From Acidobacteriota bacterium (GTDB lineage Bacteria; Acidobacteriota; Terriglobia; 2-12-FULL-54-10), in contig SHUM01000004.1 of assembly GCA_009691245.1 (NCBI GenBank), positions 9,032 through 73,031 of the forward strand: DNA of 64,000 bases. The letters are read 5' to 3'. Positions 36,809 to 48,700 of this stretch are shown in pieces (position 1 is the stretch's first letter; each line of letters opens with the position of its first letter). Both the position numbers and the translations under genes were made by a program. The notes beneath the pieces were generated by a model. It did no database searches and was not told where the DNA came from. It worked only from the letters and a program-made list of their open reading frames with translations.

Positions 36809-37597
36809 ATGCGGCGCCTCCTCACTGCCCTCGTCTTAATTCCAGTCATCATCTACCTCGTCCTGTGGGCACCCTCCTGGGCGCTGGCCGCAGCGGGAAC
36901 TGTCTTCGCGCAAGCGGCGTTGTGGGAGTATTTTCGCATGGCCGAAGCCGTCTCCGGCTCGCGCATGCTGCATGTGCCCGGTCATGCGATCAGCATCGCG
37001 CTAATGGCCGTCGCGCTGACGGATTTTTTAGCCGAGGGCACGGCGTCATTGATCCTGTTGCTGCTTTTGATCGTGCTCTCCGCCGCAATGTCGCCGCAAC
37101 GCAATCTCGCCCATTACTTCCCGACCGCATGCGGCACGCTGCTCGGCGTGGCCTATACGACCGTTCCCTTGAGTGTTTACGTTTGGATTAGTCGCCAGGA
37201 GGGCGGCGCGCCACTGGTGTTGTTTACAATGGTGGTGGTTTGGGCCAGCGATTCGACCGCTTACTTTACCGGGCTGGCCTTCGGTAAGCATCTGGCGTTT
37301 CCGCGCATTAGTCCCAAGAAAACCTGGGAGGGTGTGGCAGGATCAATGGTTGGCGCGATGATCGTGGGCGTTGCCGGATATTTCATTTTCCATGATTGGA
37401 CCGTCTTCCTGTTGTCGGTCGCCGTGAATATCGCCGCCCAGATCGGCGACCTGGTTGAGTCCGCCATGAAACGCAGCGCGGGAGTGAAAGATTCCTCGCA
37501 GCTCGTCCCCGGACACGGCGGCGTACTAGACCGCATTGATGCGCTTTTATTCGCCGCGCCGATGCTATGGTATTATTGGCTTTTGATGAAGCATTAA
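36809..37597 (+). CDS. cdsA: Phosphatidate cytidylyltransferase
   Basis: CTP_transf_1 signature at the C-terminus (KRSAGVKDSSQLVPGHGGVLDRIDALLF). Confidence 0.9.
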   Translation: MRRLLTALVLIPVIIYLVLWAPSWALAAAGTVFAQAALWEYFRMAEAVSGSRMLHVPGHAISIALMAVALTDFLAEGTASLILLLLLIVLSAAMSPQRNLAHYFPTACGTLLGVAYTTVPLSVYVWISRQEGGAPLVLFTMVVVWASDSTAYFTGLAFGKHLAFPRISPKKTWEGVAGSMVGAMIVGVAGYFIFHDWTVFLLSVAVNIAAQIGDLVESAMKRSAGVKDSSQLVPGHGGVLDRIDALLFAAPMLWYYWLLMKH

Positions 37598-37655
37598 GTA
37601 TCATCTCCGAGGCACCCCTGAAACCCGAGGCACCCCTGAAATAGCCTGCAACTCT

Positions 37656-38840
37656 ATGAAAAAAATAGGCATACTTGGCTCAACGGGCTCCATTGGCAGA
37701 AGCTGCCTAGCGGTGATCGAGGCCCACCCGGACCGTTTCCAGGTGGCCAGCCTCACGGCCGGGGAGAACGTCGCACTGCTCGCCGAACAGGTTCGCGCCT
37801 TCCATCCGTCGCTGGTCTCGATGGGCAGCGAGGCGGCAGCCAATGCCCTTTGCCGCGAACTGAAGGCTGGCGGCACCGGGCCCATCCCTGAAATCACTGT
37901 TGGTCGCGAAGGGATGAGACAAGCGGCCACACTGCCTGAAATCGACGTAGTGCTCTCCTCCACCGTGGGCGTCGCCGGCCTGCCAGCCACGTTTGCGGCG
38001 CTGGAAGCTGGCAAGCAAGTGGCTCTGGCCAACAAGGAAGTGCTGGTGGCGGCGGGAGAGCTGGCCACAGAGCTTGCTCATCGCAAAGGAACCGAACTGC
38101 TGCCCGTCGATAGCGAGCACAACGGGGTACACCAGTGTCTGCGTGCTGGTCACCGCGCTGAGGCTTGCCTACTTGTCCTAACCGCGTCCGGCGGCCCGTT
38201 TCTCCACTCCACCGCCGAGCAAATCGAGTCGGCCAGCATCGCAGCCGCGCTGAACCATCCCACCTGGAAGATGGGCAATCGCATCACCATCGACTCGGCC
38301 ACGCTCATGAACAAGGGCTTCGAAGTGATTGAAGCACATTGGCTTTTTGGTTTCACCCCGGATCAGATTCGTGTCAAAGTACACCCCCAGTCCACCGTCC
38401 ATTCGCTGGTCGAGTTTATTGACGGGTCGGTAATCGCACAGCTCTCGGTAACTGATATGCAAGTTCCCATAAAATATGCGCTAACCTATCCGGAGAGGAT
38501 GGCATCCAATAGCCATGGCTTTGACTGGGCTGGATTGGCCAGACTGGATTTCATGGAGCCGGATACGGCGCGCTTTCCCTGTCTGCGGCTGGCCTACGAA
38601 GCCATGCGGGCGGGTCAATCCGCTACATGCGCGCTGAACGCGGCCGATGAAATAGCTGTAGCCGCTTTTCTCGAAGGCAGAATTCCCTTCGGCGCCATCA
38701 GTCGAGTGATTGGAGCAGTGTTGGATGAATTGCCGGTTCGTAGGCTCACCAGCGTCGATGAAGTTCTCGACCATGACGCCGAGTGCCGGCGCCTGGCCAC
38801 CCGGCGCCTGGCGAAAGAAATGCTCACGACGCGCGGCTAG
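37656..38840 (+). CDS. dxr: 1-deoxy-D-xylulose 5-phosphate reductoisomerase
   Basis: MKKIGILGSTGSIGRS N-terminus, LANKE, DSEH motifs. Confidence 0.95.
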   Translation: MKKIGILGSTGSIGRSCLAVIEAHPDRFQVASLTAGENVALLAEQVRAFHPSLVSMGSEAAANALCRELKAGGTGPIPEITVGREGMRQAATLPEIDVVLSSTVGVAGLPATFAALEAGKQVALANKEVLVAAGELATELAHRKGTELLPVDSEHNGVHQCLRAGHRAEACLLVLTASGGPFLHSTAEQIESASIAAALNHPTWKMGNRITIDSATLMNKGFEVIEAHWLFGFTPDQIRVKVHPQSTVHSLVEFIDGSVIAQLSVTDMQVPIKYALTYPERMASNSHGFDWAGLARLDFMEPDTARFPCLRLAYEAMRAGQSATCALNAADEIAVAAFLEGRIPFGAISRVIGAVLDELPVRRLTSVDEVLDHDAECRRLATRRLAKEMLTTRG

Positions 38841-38876
38841 CAACGGTGTTGAACGTAGCGGTACTGAGAGGTAGAG

Positions 38877-40223
38877 ATGTACAACTTTGCAACTAGCATC
38901 ATCGGCGTAATGATCGTATTGGGCATCATGGTGTTCATCCATGAGCTCGGCCATTTCCTCGCCGCCAAATATTTTGGCATCCGCGTCGAGACATTCTCTA
39001 TCGGCTTCGGCAAGCGCCTGTGGGGCTTTGAGCGCGGCGGCACCGATTACCGCCTTAGCGTGCTGCCCTTCGGCGGCTACGTGAAAATGTCCGGCGAGAA
39101 TCCCGACGACCCCACCAGCGGTGCCCCCGACGAGTTTCAGATGAAGCCGCGCTGGCAGCGCTTCATCGTCGCCATTATGGGACCAGCGATGAACATTGTC
39201 CTTTCCATCGTGCTGCTCACCGGCCTCTATATGTTTCGCTATCAGAAACCCGCGTACGCGGAAGGCCCTGCGGTAATTGGTTACATCGCGCCAGACTCGT
39301 CCGCCTCCAAAGCGGGCCTGCTTCCTGGCGACCGCATCACCCGCCTCGACGAGATGGAGAACCCCGGTTGGACGGATATTGAGATCGAGGTCGCCTCCAG
39401 CGCCAACCAAACTTTAACGGTGGCCGTTGATCGCGACGGCGCCGCGGTGAATGCCACGGTGGTTCCTCAGCCCACCGGGCGCTCACAAATTGGCGATGTC
39501 GGTTGGGCTCCGCGCATGTCTGCGAAGATTCAGGCGGTGGAAGCGGACCTGCCCGCCGGGCTGGCCGGCATGCAGGCGGGCGACGTGCTCACGGAGATCA
39601 ATGGGCAGACCGTTACCTATTGGCCCGCGGTATCCGAGTTGGTGCAAAAGAATCAAGGCCAGCCCCTGCAGATAACTTATGCGCGCGGCACTGAGATGAT
39701 CACCGCACAGATGACGCCGGTCCCAAGCAAGGTCAATGGCGAGTCCGAATCGCGCTGGCGCATCGGCGTGCAGTTCACCAACGAAGTCATCAACCGGCAA
39801 TTATCATTCAGCGCGGCGCTTGGTGAGTCGTTGACCACCAATAAAAAATTCGCGCTGCTCATCTTTGAGTTCCTCGGCAAGATATTTTCCAACGAACTCT
39901 CCCCGCGCACGCTGGAAGGCCCCATCGGCATCGCCCGGCTCTCCGGCGCCGCGCTGCGTCAGAGCTTCGCCGACCTGATCAGCCTGATGGCCGCCATCAG
40001 CCTGAACCTCGGCATCTTCAACCTGCTGCCCATCCCGGTGCTCGACGGCGGCATGATCCTGATGCTGCTGATCGAAGGCACCATCCGCCGCGACCTCAAC
40101 CTGAAACTGAAGGAGCGCGTAACCCAGGTGGGCTTCGCTTTCCTGATGCTCATCGCCGTCTTTACCATCTACAACGACATCGTGAAGTCATTACCCGAGC
40201 GCTTCGAAAAATTCTTACCGTAA
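38877..40223 (+). CDS. rseP: RIP site-2 metalloprotease RseP
   Basis: HELGHFLAAK (HExxH), PDZ region, and a C-terminal LDGG motif. Confidence 0.9.
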   Translation: MYNFATSIIGVMIVLGIMVFIHELGHFLAAKYFGIRVETFSIGFGKRLWGFERGGTDYRLSVLPFGGYVKMSGENPDDPTSGAPDEFQMKPRWQRFIVAIMGPAMNIVLSIVLLTGLYMFRYQKPAYAEGPAVIGYIAPDSSASKAGLLPGDRITRLDEMENPGWTDIEIEVASSANQTLTVAVDRDGAAVNATVVPQPTGRSQIGDVGWAPRMSAKIQAVEADLPAGLAGMQAGDVLTEINGQTVTYWPAVSELVQKNQGQPLQITYARGTEMITAQMTPVPSKVNGESESRWRIGVQFTNEVINRQLSFSAALGESLTTNKKFALLIFEFLGKIFSNELSPRTLEGPIGIARLSGAALRQSFADLISLMAAISLNLGIFNLLPIPVLDGGMILMLLIEGTIRRDLNLKLKERVTQVGFAFLMLIAVFTIYNDIVKSLPERFEKFLP

Positions 40224-40333
40224 CCAACGCTAGAACATAATTCTCAACGCGGCATCCCTCAGGTGCCGCGTTTCTTACTCCGACTCAAACGCGCGGTTGC
40301 AGTCAGTCCATATCCAAATTCCCTTCCATCGCG

Positions 40334-41599
40334 GTGCGGTTTGCACGTGCTAAAATGGTCGCTATGGCGGCGATACAGCGTAGAAAATCCGTGGTGAGCG
40401 ACATTGGCGGCGTGAAGCTGGGCGGCGCGCACCCGGTCGTTGTGCAGTCCATGACCAACACGGACACGGCGGATATAGCCGGAACCGTCAAGCAAGTCGC
40501 CGCGCTGGCGCGCGCTGGGTCTGAACTGGTGCGCGTCACGGTCAACACCGATGAGGCCGCGGCGGCCATTGCACCTATCGTCGAGCGGCTGGAAGCACAG
40601 GGCCTTCGCGTGCCCATCATCGGCGACTTCCATTACAATGGGCACCTGCTGCTCAAGAAATTTCCGGCCTGTGCGCGGAAGCTGGCCAAGTACCGCATCA
40701 ATCCCGGCAACGTCAACATCGGCAAAAAACACGACGACAACTTCCGCACCATGGTGGAGGTCGCGCGGGACAACGGCAAGCCCGTGCGCATCGGCGTCAA
40801 CTGGGGCTCGCTCGATCAGGCCCTGCTCACGCGCATGATGGATGAGAACGCCCACGCCGCTGAGCCGCTCGCCGCTGATCAGGTCATGCGCCAGGCGATT
40901 GTCGAGAGCGCGCTGCGCTCCGCTGAAATGGCCGAGCAGTACGGCCTGCCGCACAACTCCATCATCCTCAGCGCGAAAGTATCGAGCGCGCAGAACCTGA
41001 TTGATGTCTACCGCATGTTGGCGCCGCGCTGCGACTATCCGCTGCACCTTGGCCTCACAGAAGCGGGGATGGGCAGCAAGGGCATTGTGGCCTCGACCGC
41101 GGCGATGGGGATACTATTGCAAGACGGCATCGGCGACACCATCCGCGTCTCGCTCACGCCCGCGCCGAACGGCGACCGCACCGAAGAAGTGATCGTCGCG
41201 CAGCAGATTCTGCAATCACTAGAAATCCGTAGCTTCACGCCGCAAGTCAGCGCGTGTCCCGGCTGCGGCCGAACTACCTCCACATTTTTCCAGGAGATGG
41301 CCCAGCAGATTGAGTCTTACCTGCGCGAGCAGATGCCCGTCTGGAAATCGCAGTACCCTGGCGTGGAAGACTTGCATGTCGCCGTGATGGGCTGCATCGT
41401 CAACGGCCCCGGCGAATCCAAGCACGCCCACATCGGCATCTCGCTCCCCGGCACCTTCGAAGACCCCGTCGCCCCGGTCTACGCCGACGGCCGCCTGTTA
41501 GTAACGCTGCGCGGCGACACCATCGTCCCCGAGTTCATCAAAATCCTGAACACCTATGTCGAGTCACACTACTCCGCCAAGCAGCAGGTTTCCATCTGA
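40334..41599 (+). CDS. ispG: 4-hydroxy-3-methylbut-2-en-1-yl diphosphate synthase (flavodoxin)
   Basis: VQSMTNTDT, and a C-terminal CPGCGRT (three-Cys cluster ligands). Confidence 0.9.
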   Translation: MRFARAKMVAMAAIQRRKSVVSDIGGVKLGGAHPVVVQSMTNTDTADIAGTVKQVAALARAGSELVRVTVNTDEAAAAIAPIVERLEAQGLRVPIIGDFHYNGHLLLKKFPACARKLAKYRINPGNVNIGKKHDDNFRTMVEVARDNGKPVRIGVNWGSLDQALLTRMMDENAHAAEPLAADQVMRQAIVESALRSAEMAEQYGLPHNSIILSAKVSSAQNLIDVYRMLAPRCDYPLHLGLTEAGMGSKGIVASTAAMGILLQDGIGDTIRVSLTPAPNGDRTEEVIVAQQILQSLEIRSFTPQVSACPGCGRTTSTFFQEMAQQIESYLREQMPVWKSQYPGVEDLHVAVMGCIVNGPGESKHAHIGISLPGTFEDPVAPVYADGRLLVTLRGDTIVPEFIKILNTYVESHYSAKQQVSI

Positions 41600-41645
41600 C
41601 AGTTTGTCGAAGAAATGTTTAAGGTGTGTCATTCCGAGCGGAGTG

Positions 41646-41694
41646 AGGAATCTGCTTTATGGTTCGCTCTATGGACAACAAAGCAGAATCCTCG
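41646..41694. terminator. Imperfect hairpin GAGGAATCTGCTTT-21nt-AAAGCAGAATCCTC between convergent ispG and the DUF1501 gene; part of the GTCATTCCGAGCG-type element
   Basis: Seen directly; 13/14 stem. Confidence 0.5.
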
Positions 41695-41744
41695 GACCAA
41701 CCCAAGGCGGTGGGATCGTTCGATATTTTGGATTTGTCTCTCGC

Positions 41745-43133
41745 TTACGCCGTCAACCCCGGCAGTCTACCGGTGGAGTCGCCTAGCGTGTCCAACTTGA
41801 TTCCCAACTGATCGAACAATGTGAGATACAAGTTTGCCAGCGGGGTGGCTTGCTGATAGCGGATATGATGGCCGGCCTTCAGCTTGGCGAGCTTGCCGCC
41901 CAACACGATCATGGGCAGGTTGTCGTGCAGGTGCAGGTTGCCGTCGCTGATAGCGCTGCCGAAGACGACCATGGTACGGTCGAGCAGCGACGAGTCGCCA
42001 TCGGGCGTGGCGGCCATCTTGTCGAGAAAATAGTTGAAGGTGGCCATGTGGTGCAGGTTGATCTTCAGGACTTTCGCCACCTTCACTGGATCGCCGTTGT
42101 GATGCGTGAGCGGGTGATGCGGGTCGCCAACGCCGATCTCCGGATACGCCTTGGCGCTCTGCTCGCGCGCCAACATGGTGGATGAGACGCGTGTCATATC
42201 AGTCTGGAAAGCGAGTATCTGCATGTCGAACATCAGGCGCGCATACTCGGCGTAGGTCTCCGGCACGCCCAGCGGACGCTCGATGCGCGGCAACTCGCGC
42301 GCGGATTGTTCTTCGGCCATGCCGATGCGGCGCTCCACGTCGCGCACCGCTTCCAGATATTGATCCATCTTCTGCCGATCAGTAGAGCCGAGGCCGGTCA
42401 GCATGGTCTTGGCGTCATTGATGACCGAGTCGAGAATGCTGCGGTTCTGGCGCAGACGCGCGAGGCGCGCCGCCGGGTCCAGCGAATCAGTGTCGCCGAA
42501 CAGCCGCTCGAACACTGCGCGCGGCTCGGTCTCCATCGGCATGGGCGTGGTCGGATTGCGCCACGACACCGTGTTCAGATACGCGCAACTATAACCAGCC
42601 TCGCACGTCCCCACTAGTTCGCCTTCAAAGGCCAGCTCGAGCGAAGGCAGTTGCGTTTTCTTGCCAAACTCCTTCGCGGCAATCTGGTCCACCGTGGTGC
42701 CCGCTTCCAGATCCGCGCCCTCGGTCTTCCTGGGATGCGCGCAGGAGAGGAACACGGCGCTCGCGCGCGAGTGATTCCCGACCGCGCCTTCGCCGGGCAG
42801 CAGCGCGTCGGCGTTGCGCAGCGCCAGACCGCTCAACAGCACCATGCGATCCTTGTAAGCGGCGATGGGCTCCAGGATGGGAGTCAGCGCGTAACCCGCG
42901 CCCTCGGCGGCGGGCGTCCACTTATCCATGCACATGCCGGTGGGCGAGTAGATGACGGCCAGCCTCTTCACGGCATCGGCATCAGTCATAGCCGGCACCG
43001 CCGCGAACGCCGGCGTCATGCCATCGAGCAGCGGCAGCGCCAGCGTGGCGCCCACGCCGCGCAGAAACGTCCGGCGCGGAATCGACTTTTTGAATATCAT
43101 TGCGGTCGCATTATTGTTCATGACTTTGGTCAT
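41745..43133 (-). CDS. DUF1501 (sulfatase-like) protein with Tat signal
   Basis: RRTFLRGVGATLALPLL twin-arginine motif; DUF1501 core. 4-nt ATGA overlap with the upstream DUF1553 gene. Confidence 0.85.
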   Translation of the reverse strand: MTKVMNNNATAMIFKKSIPRRTFLRGVGATLALPLLDGMTPAFAAVPAMTDADAVKRLAVIYSPTGMCMDKWTPAAEGAGYALTPILEPIAAYKDRMVLLSGLALRNADALLPGEGAVGNHSRASAVFLSCAHPRKTEGADLEAGTTVDQIAAKEFGKKTQLPSLELAFEGELVGTCEAGYSCAYLNTVSWRNPTTPMPMETEPRAVFERLFGDTDSLDPAARLARLRQNRSILDSVINDAKTMLTGLGSTDRQKMDQYLEAVRDVERRIGMAEEQSARELPRIERPLGVPETYAEYARLMFDMQILAFQTDMTRVSSTMLAREQSAKAYPEIGVGDPHHPLTHHNGDPVKVAKVLKINLHHMATFNYFLDKMAATPDGDSSLLDRTMVVFGSAISDGNLHLHDNLPMIVLGGKLAKLKAGHHIRYQQATPLANLYLTLFDQLGIKLDTLGDSTGRLPGLTA

Positions 43134-45601
43134 GGTTGGGCGGACCTCCTCATCTGAAACGGAACACTCTTGACGATGCCCATGATGATTGACGACCAGC
43201 GGTAATCGCCGGGCGCGGCGGCGCGCACAATCGAGCGCACGGCGGGCATGTCGTAATACTCAAGACCGCGGCCCAGCGCGTAGGTCATCAGCTTGCGCGT
43301 GGTGGCGGAGACCACTTCATCGCCGCGGCTGACCAGCAGGGCGCGCAACTCGGCAGGGCCGGAAAATTTTGCGCCGTCGGGCAGCACGCCCGAAGCGTCA
43401 ATCTTGGCGGCTCCCGGCCCAGTTCCCGAGGTCGTGCGGAAACGGCCAATGGCGTCGAAGTTCTCCAGCGCAAAGCCCAGCGGGTCCATGCGCGAGTGAC
43501 AACCATAGCACGCCGGGTTCTTGCGATGCTGCTCCATCGAATCGCGCACTGAAAGTGCCTGGCCGCCTTCGTCCTCCACCTTCAGAGAAGGCACGGCGTC
43601 AGGCGGAGACGGGGGCGGCGCGCCGAGAATATTCTCCAGCACCCACTTGCCGCGGAAGGTGGGCGAGGTGCGATTGGGATACGAGGTAACGGTGAGAATC
43701 GCTCCCTGCCCCACCAGCCCCATGCGATTGGGGTCGCTGAGTTTGACGCGGCGGAAGTGGCTGCCGTAGACGCCACCGATGCCGTAGTGCCGCGCCAGCC
43801 GCTCGTTGAGGAAGGTGTAGTCGGCGCGCATCAGGTCCAGCACGCTGCGATCCTCGCGCAACATGCTTTCGAAGAACATGCGTGTCTCGGTGCGAAACGC
43901 GGCGCGCATGTTTTCGTCGAACTCGGGAAAGACCTCCGGGTCCGGCACGATCTTCTCCATGTTGCGCAGGTAGAGCCACTGTCCGGCAAAGTTACTGATC
44001 AGCGCTTCGGAGCGCGAGTCGGCGAGCATGCGGCGAACCTGCTGCTCCAGCACCTTGGGGTCTTTCAGCTTGCCCTGCTCCGCGAGTTTCAGCAGAGCCT
44101 CATCCGGCCCGGTGGACCACAGGAAGAATGACAGGCGCGAGGCCAGCTCCAGATCGCTGAGGCGATAGGGCGCGCCGGGCGCGATACCCGCCGGATCGCT
44201 CTCCTGACGGAACAGAAACTGCGGCGCGACGAGCAGGCGGCGCAGCGACATGGCAATGCCGGACTCAAACGCGTTGCCGTTGGCACCCAGTGTTTGCGCC
44301 TCCTTGCGGCCTGCTTCGTAAAAATCCATGAGCGTCTGTACTTCGTGGTCGGTAACCGGGCGGCGATAGGCGCGCCGCGTCAGGCGCGAGAGAATCTGCT
44401 TCGCGCAGCCAGCCTCTTCTTCCAGTCTGGCAGGCTTGCAGGAAAGTATTGCATTGCGGCTAGTGGTGTCCCCTGACCCGGTGGCGGTGATCGGGCCGGT
44501 GATGAACACGTAGCCAATCCCCGGCAGGTCGTCAACCTGCGCATATTGCGCGCCCGCCAGCTTGCGACGGAAGGTTCCCTCCGGCAGACCGGACTTGGTC
44601 AGGAAGGAAACGCTGATCACGCGCTTGCCCGCCTTGGCCGGGAAACGGAACACCAGCCCCGCATCGGCGGTGCGCTCGTAGCTTTCTTCATCCCCGCCCG
44701 CCGGCTTGTCGTAATCCTGTCCGCCATAAGCGACAGGCTCACCTGACCGGCCGCCGTTGGTGGGGCCGCCGCCCACGGTAAAGGTATTAAGTTTTGCGCC
44801 ATCAAGGCGGACATCCATCTGGTGCGGCTGCATCAGGCCGATGATGTCGTGAACGCGGTCGCGCGCCAGACGCACTTTCAACTCATACTCACCATCAACT
44901 GGGAAGTAATGCTCCACGCCAAGGCCGCCGCGCGAGCCGAAGGGTACCAGCTCGCTGGCGCGCTCATCCTGAATCATGCGCGTGGACACGGAGTAGGCTT
45001 CCATCTCGGGGCGCATCGAGGTATCGCCCAGCGCGGTGCGCACGATCTTGCCCGCCGCGGTCAGGTAGCGCTCAAACAATGTGGGGGAGACGGTCAGCAC
45101 ATCGCCGATGTTGTCGAAGCCGTAGCTGGCGTCATCGTTGGGCAGCAGCCGCTCCGCGTTGACATCAAGACCCATCAGGTCGCGGATGGCGTTGGCATAC
45201 TCGGCGCGATTCAGCCGATGCAGCGCGGGGCGACCCGGGTCGGGGCGAGCGGCCCCGGCGCGGTCGAGTTCGCCTTCCAGATAATTTGCAAATGCGGTGT
45301 AGGTGGCCTGATCGGGACGCGGCGCGCCGGGCGGCGGCATGGTGGCCGTCTTAATCTTGATGAGAACCTTTTCAAAGTCCTCGGCGTGCTGACCGACCTG
45401 ATCGAAATTCTTGTCGGTCAGCACAAACCCAGCCGTGCGCAGCTTCTCATTGTGGCAGGTCGCGCAATACTTATTGGCCAGCGCCGTGTAGGCCGCGCCC
45501 GGCGAGGCAGGAGGGGGTGTCTGCGCCACGGAAATACACGGCGCGACAACGACAAATCCGGCAAGTACGGCACGCCGCAGCATGTTCAGTAGAGCGTCCA
45601 A
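43130..45601 (-). CDS. Cytochrome-c-like N-terminus / DUF1549 / DUF1553 protein
   Basis: KYCATCHNEKLRTAG (CxxCH); 823 aa; same architecture as 52327-54798. Confidence 0.85.
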   Translation of the reverse strand: MDALLNMLRRAVLAGFVVVAPCISVAQTPPPASPGAAYTALANKYCATCHNEKLRTAGFVLTDKNFDQVGQHAEDFEKVLIKIKTATMPPPGAPRPDQATYTAFANYLEGELDRAGAARPDPGRPALHRLNRAEYANAIRDLMGLDVNAERLLPNDDASYGFDNIGDVLTVSPTLFERYLTAAGKIVRTALGDTSMRPEMEAYSVSTRMIQDERASELVPFGSRGGLGVEHYFPVDGEYELKVRLARDRVHDIIGLMQPHQMDVRLDGAKLNTFTVGGGPTNGGRSGEPVAYGGQDYDKPAGGDEESYERTADAGLVFRFPAKAGKRVISVSFLTKSGLPEGTFRRKLAGAQYAQVDDLPGIGYVFITGPITATGSGDTTSRNAILSCKPARLEEEAGCAKQILSRLTRRAYRRPVTDHEVQTLMDFYEAGRKEAQTLGANGNAFESGIAMSLRRLLVAPQFLFRQESDPAGIAPGAPYRLSDLELASRLSFFLWSTGPDEALLKLAEQGKLKDPKVLEQQVRRMLADSRSEALISNFAGQWLYLRNMEKIVPDPEVFPEFDENMRAAFRTETRMFFESMLREDRSVLDLMRADYTFLNERLARHYGIGGVYGSHFRRVKLSDPNRMGLVGQGAILTVTSYPNRTSPTFRGKWVLENILGAPPPSPPDAVPSLKVEDEGGQALSVRDSMEQHRKNPACYGCHSRMDPLGFALENFDAIGRFRTTSGTGPGAAKIDASGVLPDGAKFSGPAELRALLVSRGDEVVSATTRKLMTYALGRGLEYYDMPAVRSIVRAAAPGDYRWSSIIMGIVKSVPFQMRRSAQP

Positions 45602-45769
45602 ATCCGGCCTCCAGACACAGGCATACTCGCTCTGATTCTAGCAGAGCTTGAGCGCGCGTGAGAGCATGATTTCTTGGCTCACCATGAAAGCCACACCCGC
45701 TGGAGTGCGGCCCGCAGCAAGCAAAAGGGCCTTCCGGAGAAGGCACTTTTGCTGGTTGATGAGTTTTAG

Positions 45770-48700
45770 TTAGAAGTTCAGCTTCAGACCAAATTGAATC
45801 TTCCGCGCATCGCTGCGGGTGCGGTCGATGGAGCCGGCCGCGGGAGGCCGAGCCGCCGCCACGCCGGGAAGAGGAGCGTTTTCCGTAGCGGTGAACACCG
45901 TGCGGCCCGCGACGGGAATATTGAAGTTGGGGTGGTTAAATATATTGAACATCTCGAAGCGGAAATCGAGCCGACCGGACTCACCGAGGATGGGCGCGTT
46001 AAACTCCTTGGCCAGCGACAGGTCCAAGTTCACCTGCCCGGGGCCTTGCAGGAAGTTGCGCGGAGATGTTCCCAGCAAGCCCACGTTCTGTACCGTGAAT
46101 GCCGAGGTATCAAAGTATTTATCCGGCCCGCCCAGGATGATGTCCTCCGGCGTGCGACCGGGGACGATGTCCGGACGATCCGCCACGCCCGCCGATACCA
46201 GCGAGCGGGAGCGGTTGCCGCTGAGCAGCGGAGTAAATGGCAGGCCCGACTTGGCGCTAAAGATGCCACCTAAACGCCAGCCGTTGGTAACTACGCCAGC
46301 GATCCCGCTCATCTCCGGCAGCGGCAGCCGGTATAGACCGTTCACCGTCCAGTTATGCCGCGTGTCGGAATCGGACGCGCCTTTATCATAAGCCGGGTTG
46401 TCCGGGTCGAGGCCCGTGTTGCCGGCGCCGCCCGCTTCTCCGCCCTTTTGACCCTGCGTGGTGTCCAGCGCCTTGCTGAAGGTGTAGGAACTTTGCATCT
46501 GCAGGCCGTTGCCCATGCGCTTGTTCACCGTCATCTGGAAGCCGTTGTACCAGGAATCCGCTGCCGCACTCTTGAGCTCGATCTCGGCCCAATTCGGGTT
46601 AAGACGCGGATCACCGATCAGCCAGCACTTCGGCCCATCGGTTACATAAGTCTGTCCTGCTGGACGCGCCACGCAAGTTCCGTTCAGCGGAATGCCGCCG
46701 GGGACCACCGGGTTGCCTTCCTTGGTCTGATAGAGATTAATGCCGCGCGTGCCCACGAACGCCGCCGACACTGAGAAGCTCGCCGGTAGCTGACGCTCGA
46801 CAGTGAGGTTGTAGTGCAGCATGTGCGGCTGCTGTAGATTGTAATCCGTGATGCGCGCGCCGCGGGCTTGCAGCGCCGACGCCAAATTGGGTCGGGGGAA
46901 GGCCACCACAACGGCTGGGGTGGTTGCGCTGGCATTCGCTGCGGTAATGGTCGAGCGGCTGGCGAAGGGAGGCGTGCCGGTGGCCGCTACCTGCGCCGCA
47001 GCCGCCATGTTGGCGATGTCGTAGAGCAGGCCGAAGCCGCCGCGCACGGCCATCCTGGCATCGCCCTTGGGATCCCAGGCAAAGCCAAAGCGCGGCCCGA
47101 AGTTCTTTTTGGAATTATTGTGGAACAGTTCGGGTGAAATAATGGTCAGCCGATCACGAGTCACATCAGCAAAGTGCGAGCCGCGATCATTCTGTTCGTT
47201 CACCGAAGTGTGCGATTCATAGCGCAATCCCAGATTCAACGTCAGCCGCGGCGTTACCCGCCAGTCATCCTGCAGGTAGAACCCCAGCGTGTACCAAGCG
47301 TAATGCTTGTAAGTGTTCGAGCCAGGAGTTTCCGAACCGAACGACTGCGGAATCCCGTTCAGAAAATTCGTGATGTTGGAAAACGCGTAGCTTCCCCGGC
47401 GCGAAGTGGTCGGCTCGGTGAAGACGTGGTAGCGGTTGATCAGCGTCCCGAACTTCCAGGAATGCGACCCGGCAGTGTAATAGATGTCATTGCTCAGAGT
47501 GTAGAGGTTCTGATTGAAGACAATCCAGGGAGTCGATGGGCCAATGCCCGTGACGCCGCTGCCGGGTGCAATGCCACCCAGGCCAAAGCCGGGGAGAAAT
47601 TCCAGATTGGGGTCTTCATAAGTCGCGGAATCGAACCGGCCAAACGTGCGGCTGAAGGAAGCGCGAACCTGATTGAGCAGGACAGGCGAAAACGTGTGGC
47701 TCTCGGCAACGGTCAGAAACTGCCCGCGGCTGTTGCCGAAGCGCGGGAACTCCGGCCAGTTCTCCGCCGAATCGACCAGGGCGTTGTCCGAGATGGTGTA
47801 GCGTGTGAACATCGAGTCGGTCTCGGAGAAGGAGTGGTCCACGCGGGCCTGGCCGAAGTCCTCGCGGGTCGGCTGCTTGAAAACGTAGATGTACCGACCA
47901 ACGCCGCTCAGTTGATTAGGATCGCTCGGCAGCGACCCGGTGGGCAGCGGATAGAGGTTCAGGTATGGCCGAACAGCGGCATTGATCGTGGGAACCAGGC
48001 CTCCGTTTTGACGGGCGGCTGCGGTGGGTGTCGCCAATACTTTGGTATCGCCGAGCCGTTCGCGGTTGCCTTCATAAGTTAGAAAGAAGAACGATTTGTC
48101 CTTGATCACCGGCCCGCCAACTGCGCCGCCGAAGTTGTTGCGGCGGAAGGCCGGGATGCGTGGGTCAGTTAAGGGATTCACAGGTTTATAGAAGAAATTG
48201 CTGGCGTCCAAATTGCTGTTGCGCAGGAACTCGAACATGGAGCCGCGGAAGCGATTCGTTCCGCTCTTGGTGGCGACCGTGATCTGGCTGCCCATGGTCA
48301 TGCCGTATTCAGCGGGGAACGAGTTGGTGATGACGCGGTATTCCTGAATGCCTTCGATGCCCAGCATCGAGCCGGTTACGCTGACGCCGGTGAGGCCCTC
48401 GGCGGAAGCCATGTTCGCGCCATCGAGCGTCATGAAGTTCGAGCGGATCGGCGCGCCATTGCTCGAGAACACCAGCCCCGTGCCTGTGCTGGAAGTGCTG
48501 GAGGTCTGCTTATGAACATTGATGCCGGCTTGCAGCAGAACTAGTTCGTTGAAGTTGCGGCCGTTCAGCGGCAACTCCTGCACGCGCTGCTCATTCACCA
48601 GACCGCCGACCGCGCCGGAGGTGGTCTCGATCAGCGGCGCTTCCCCCGTGATAGTAACCGCTTCGGCCACCGAGCCGACCGCCAGCGAAAAGTTGATCAC

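Noticed and set aside
47174-48082. 302-aa plus-strand ORF inside the TonB-dependent receptor gene (and similar antisense ORFs inside other large genes, e.g. 8286-9302, 7397-8245, 29699-30562, 50093-50932, 58812-59441)
   Set aside because: All are antisense to confidently identified CDSs, with low-complexity translations; artefacts of high GC.
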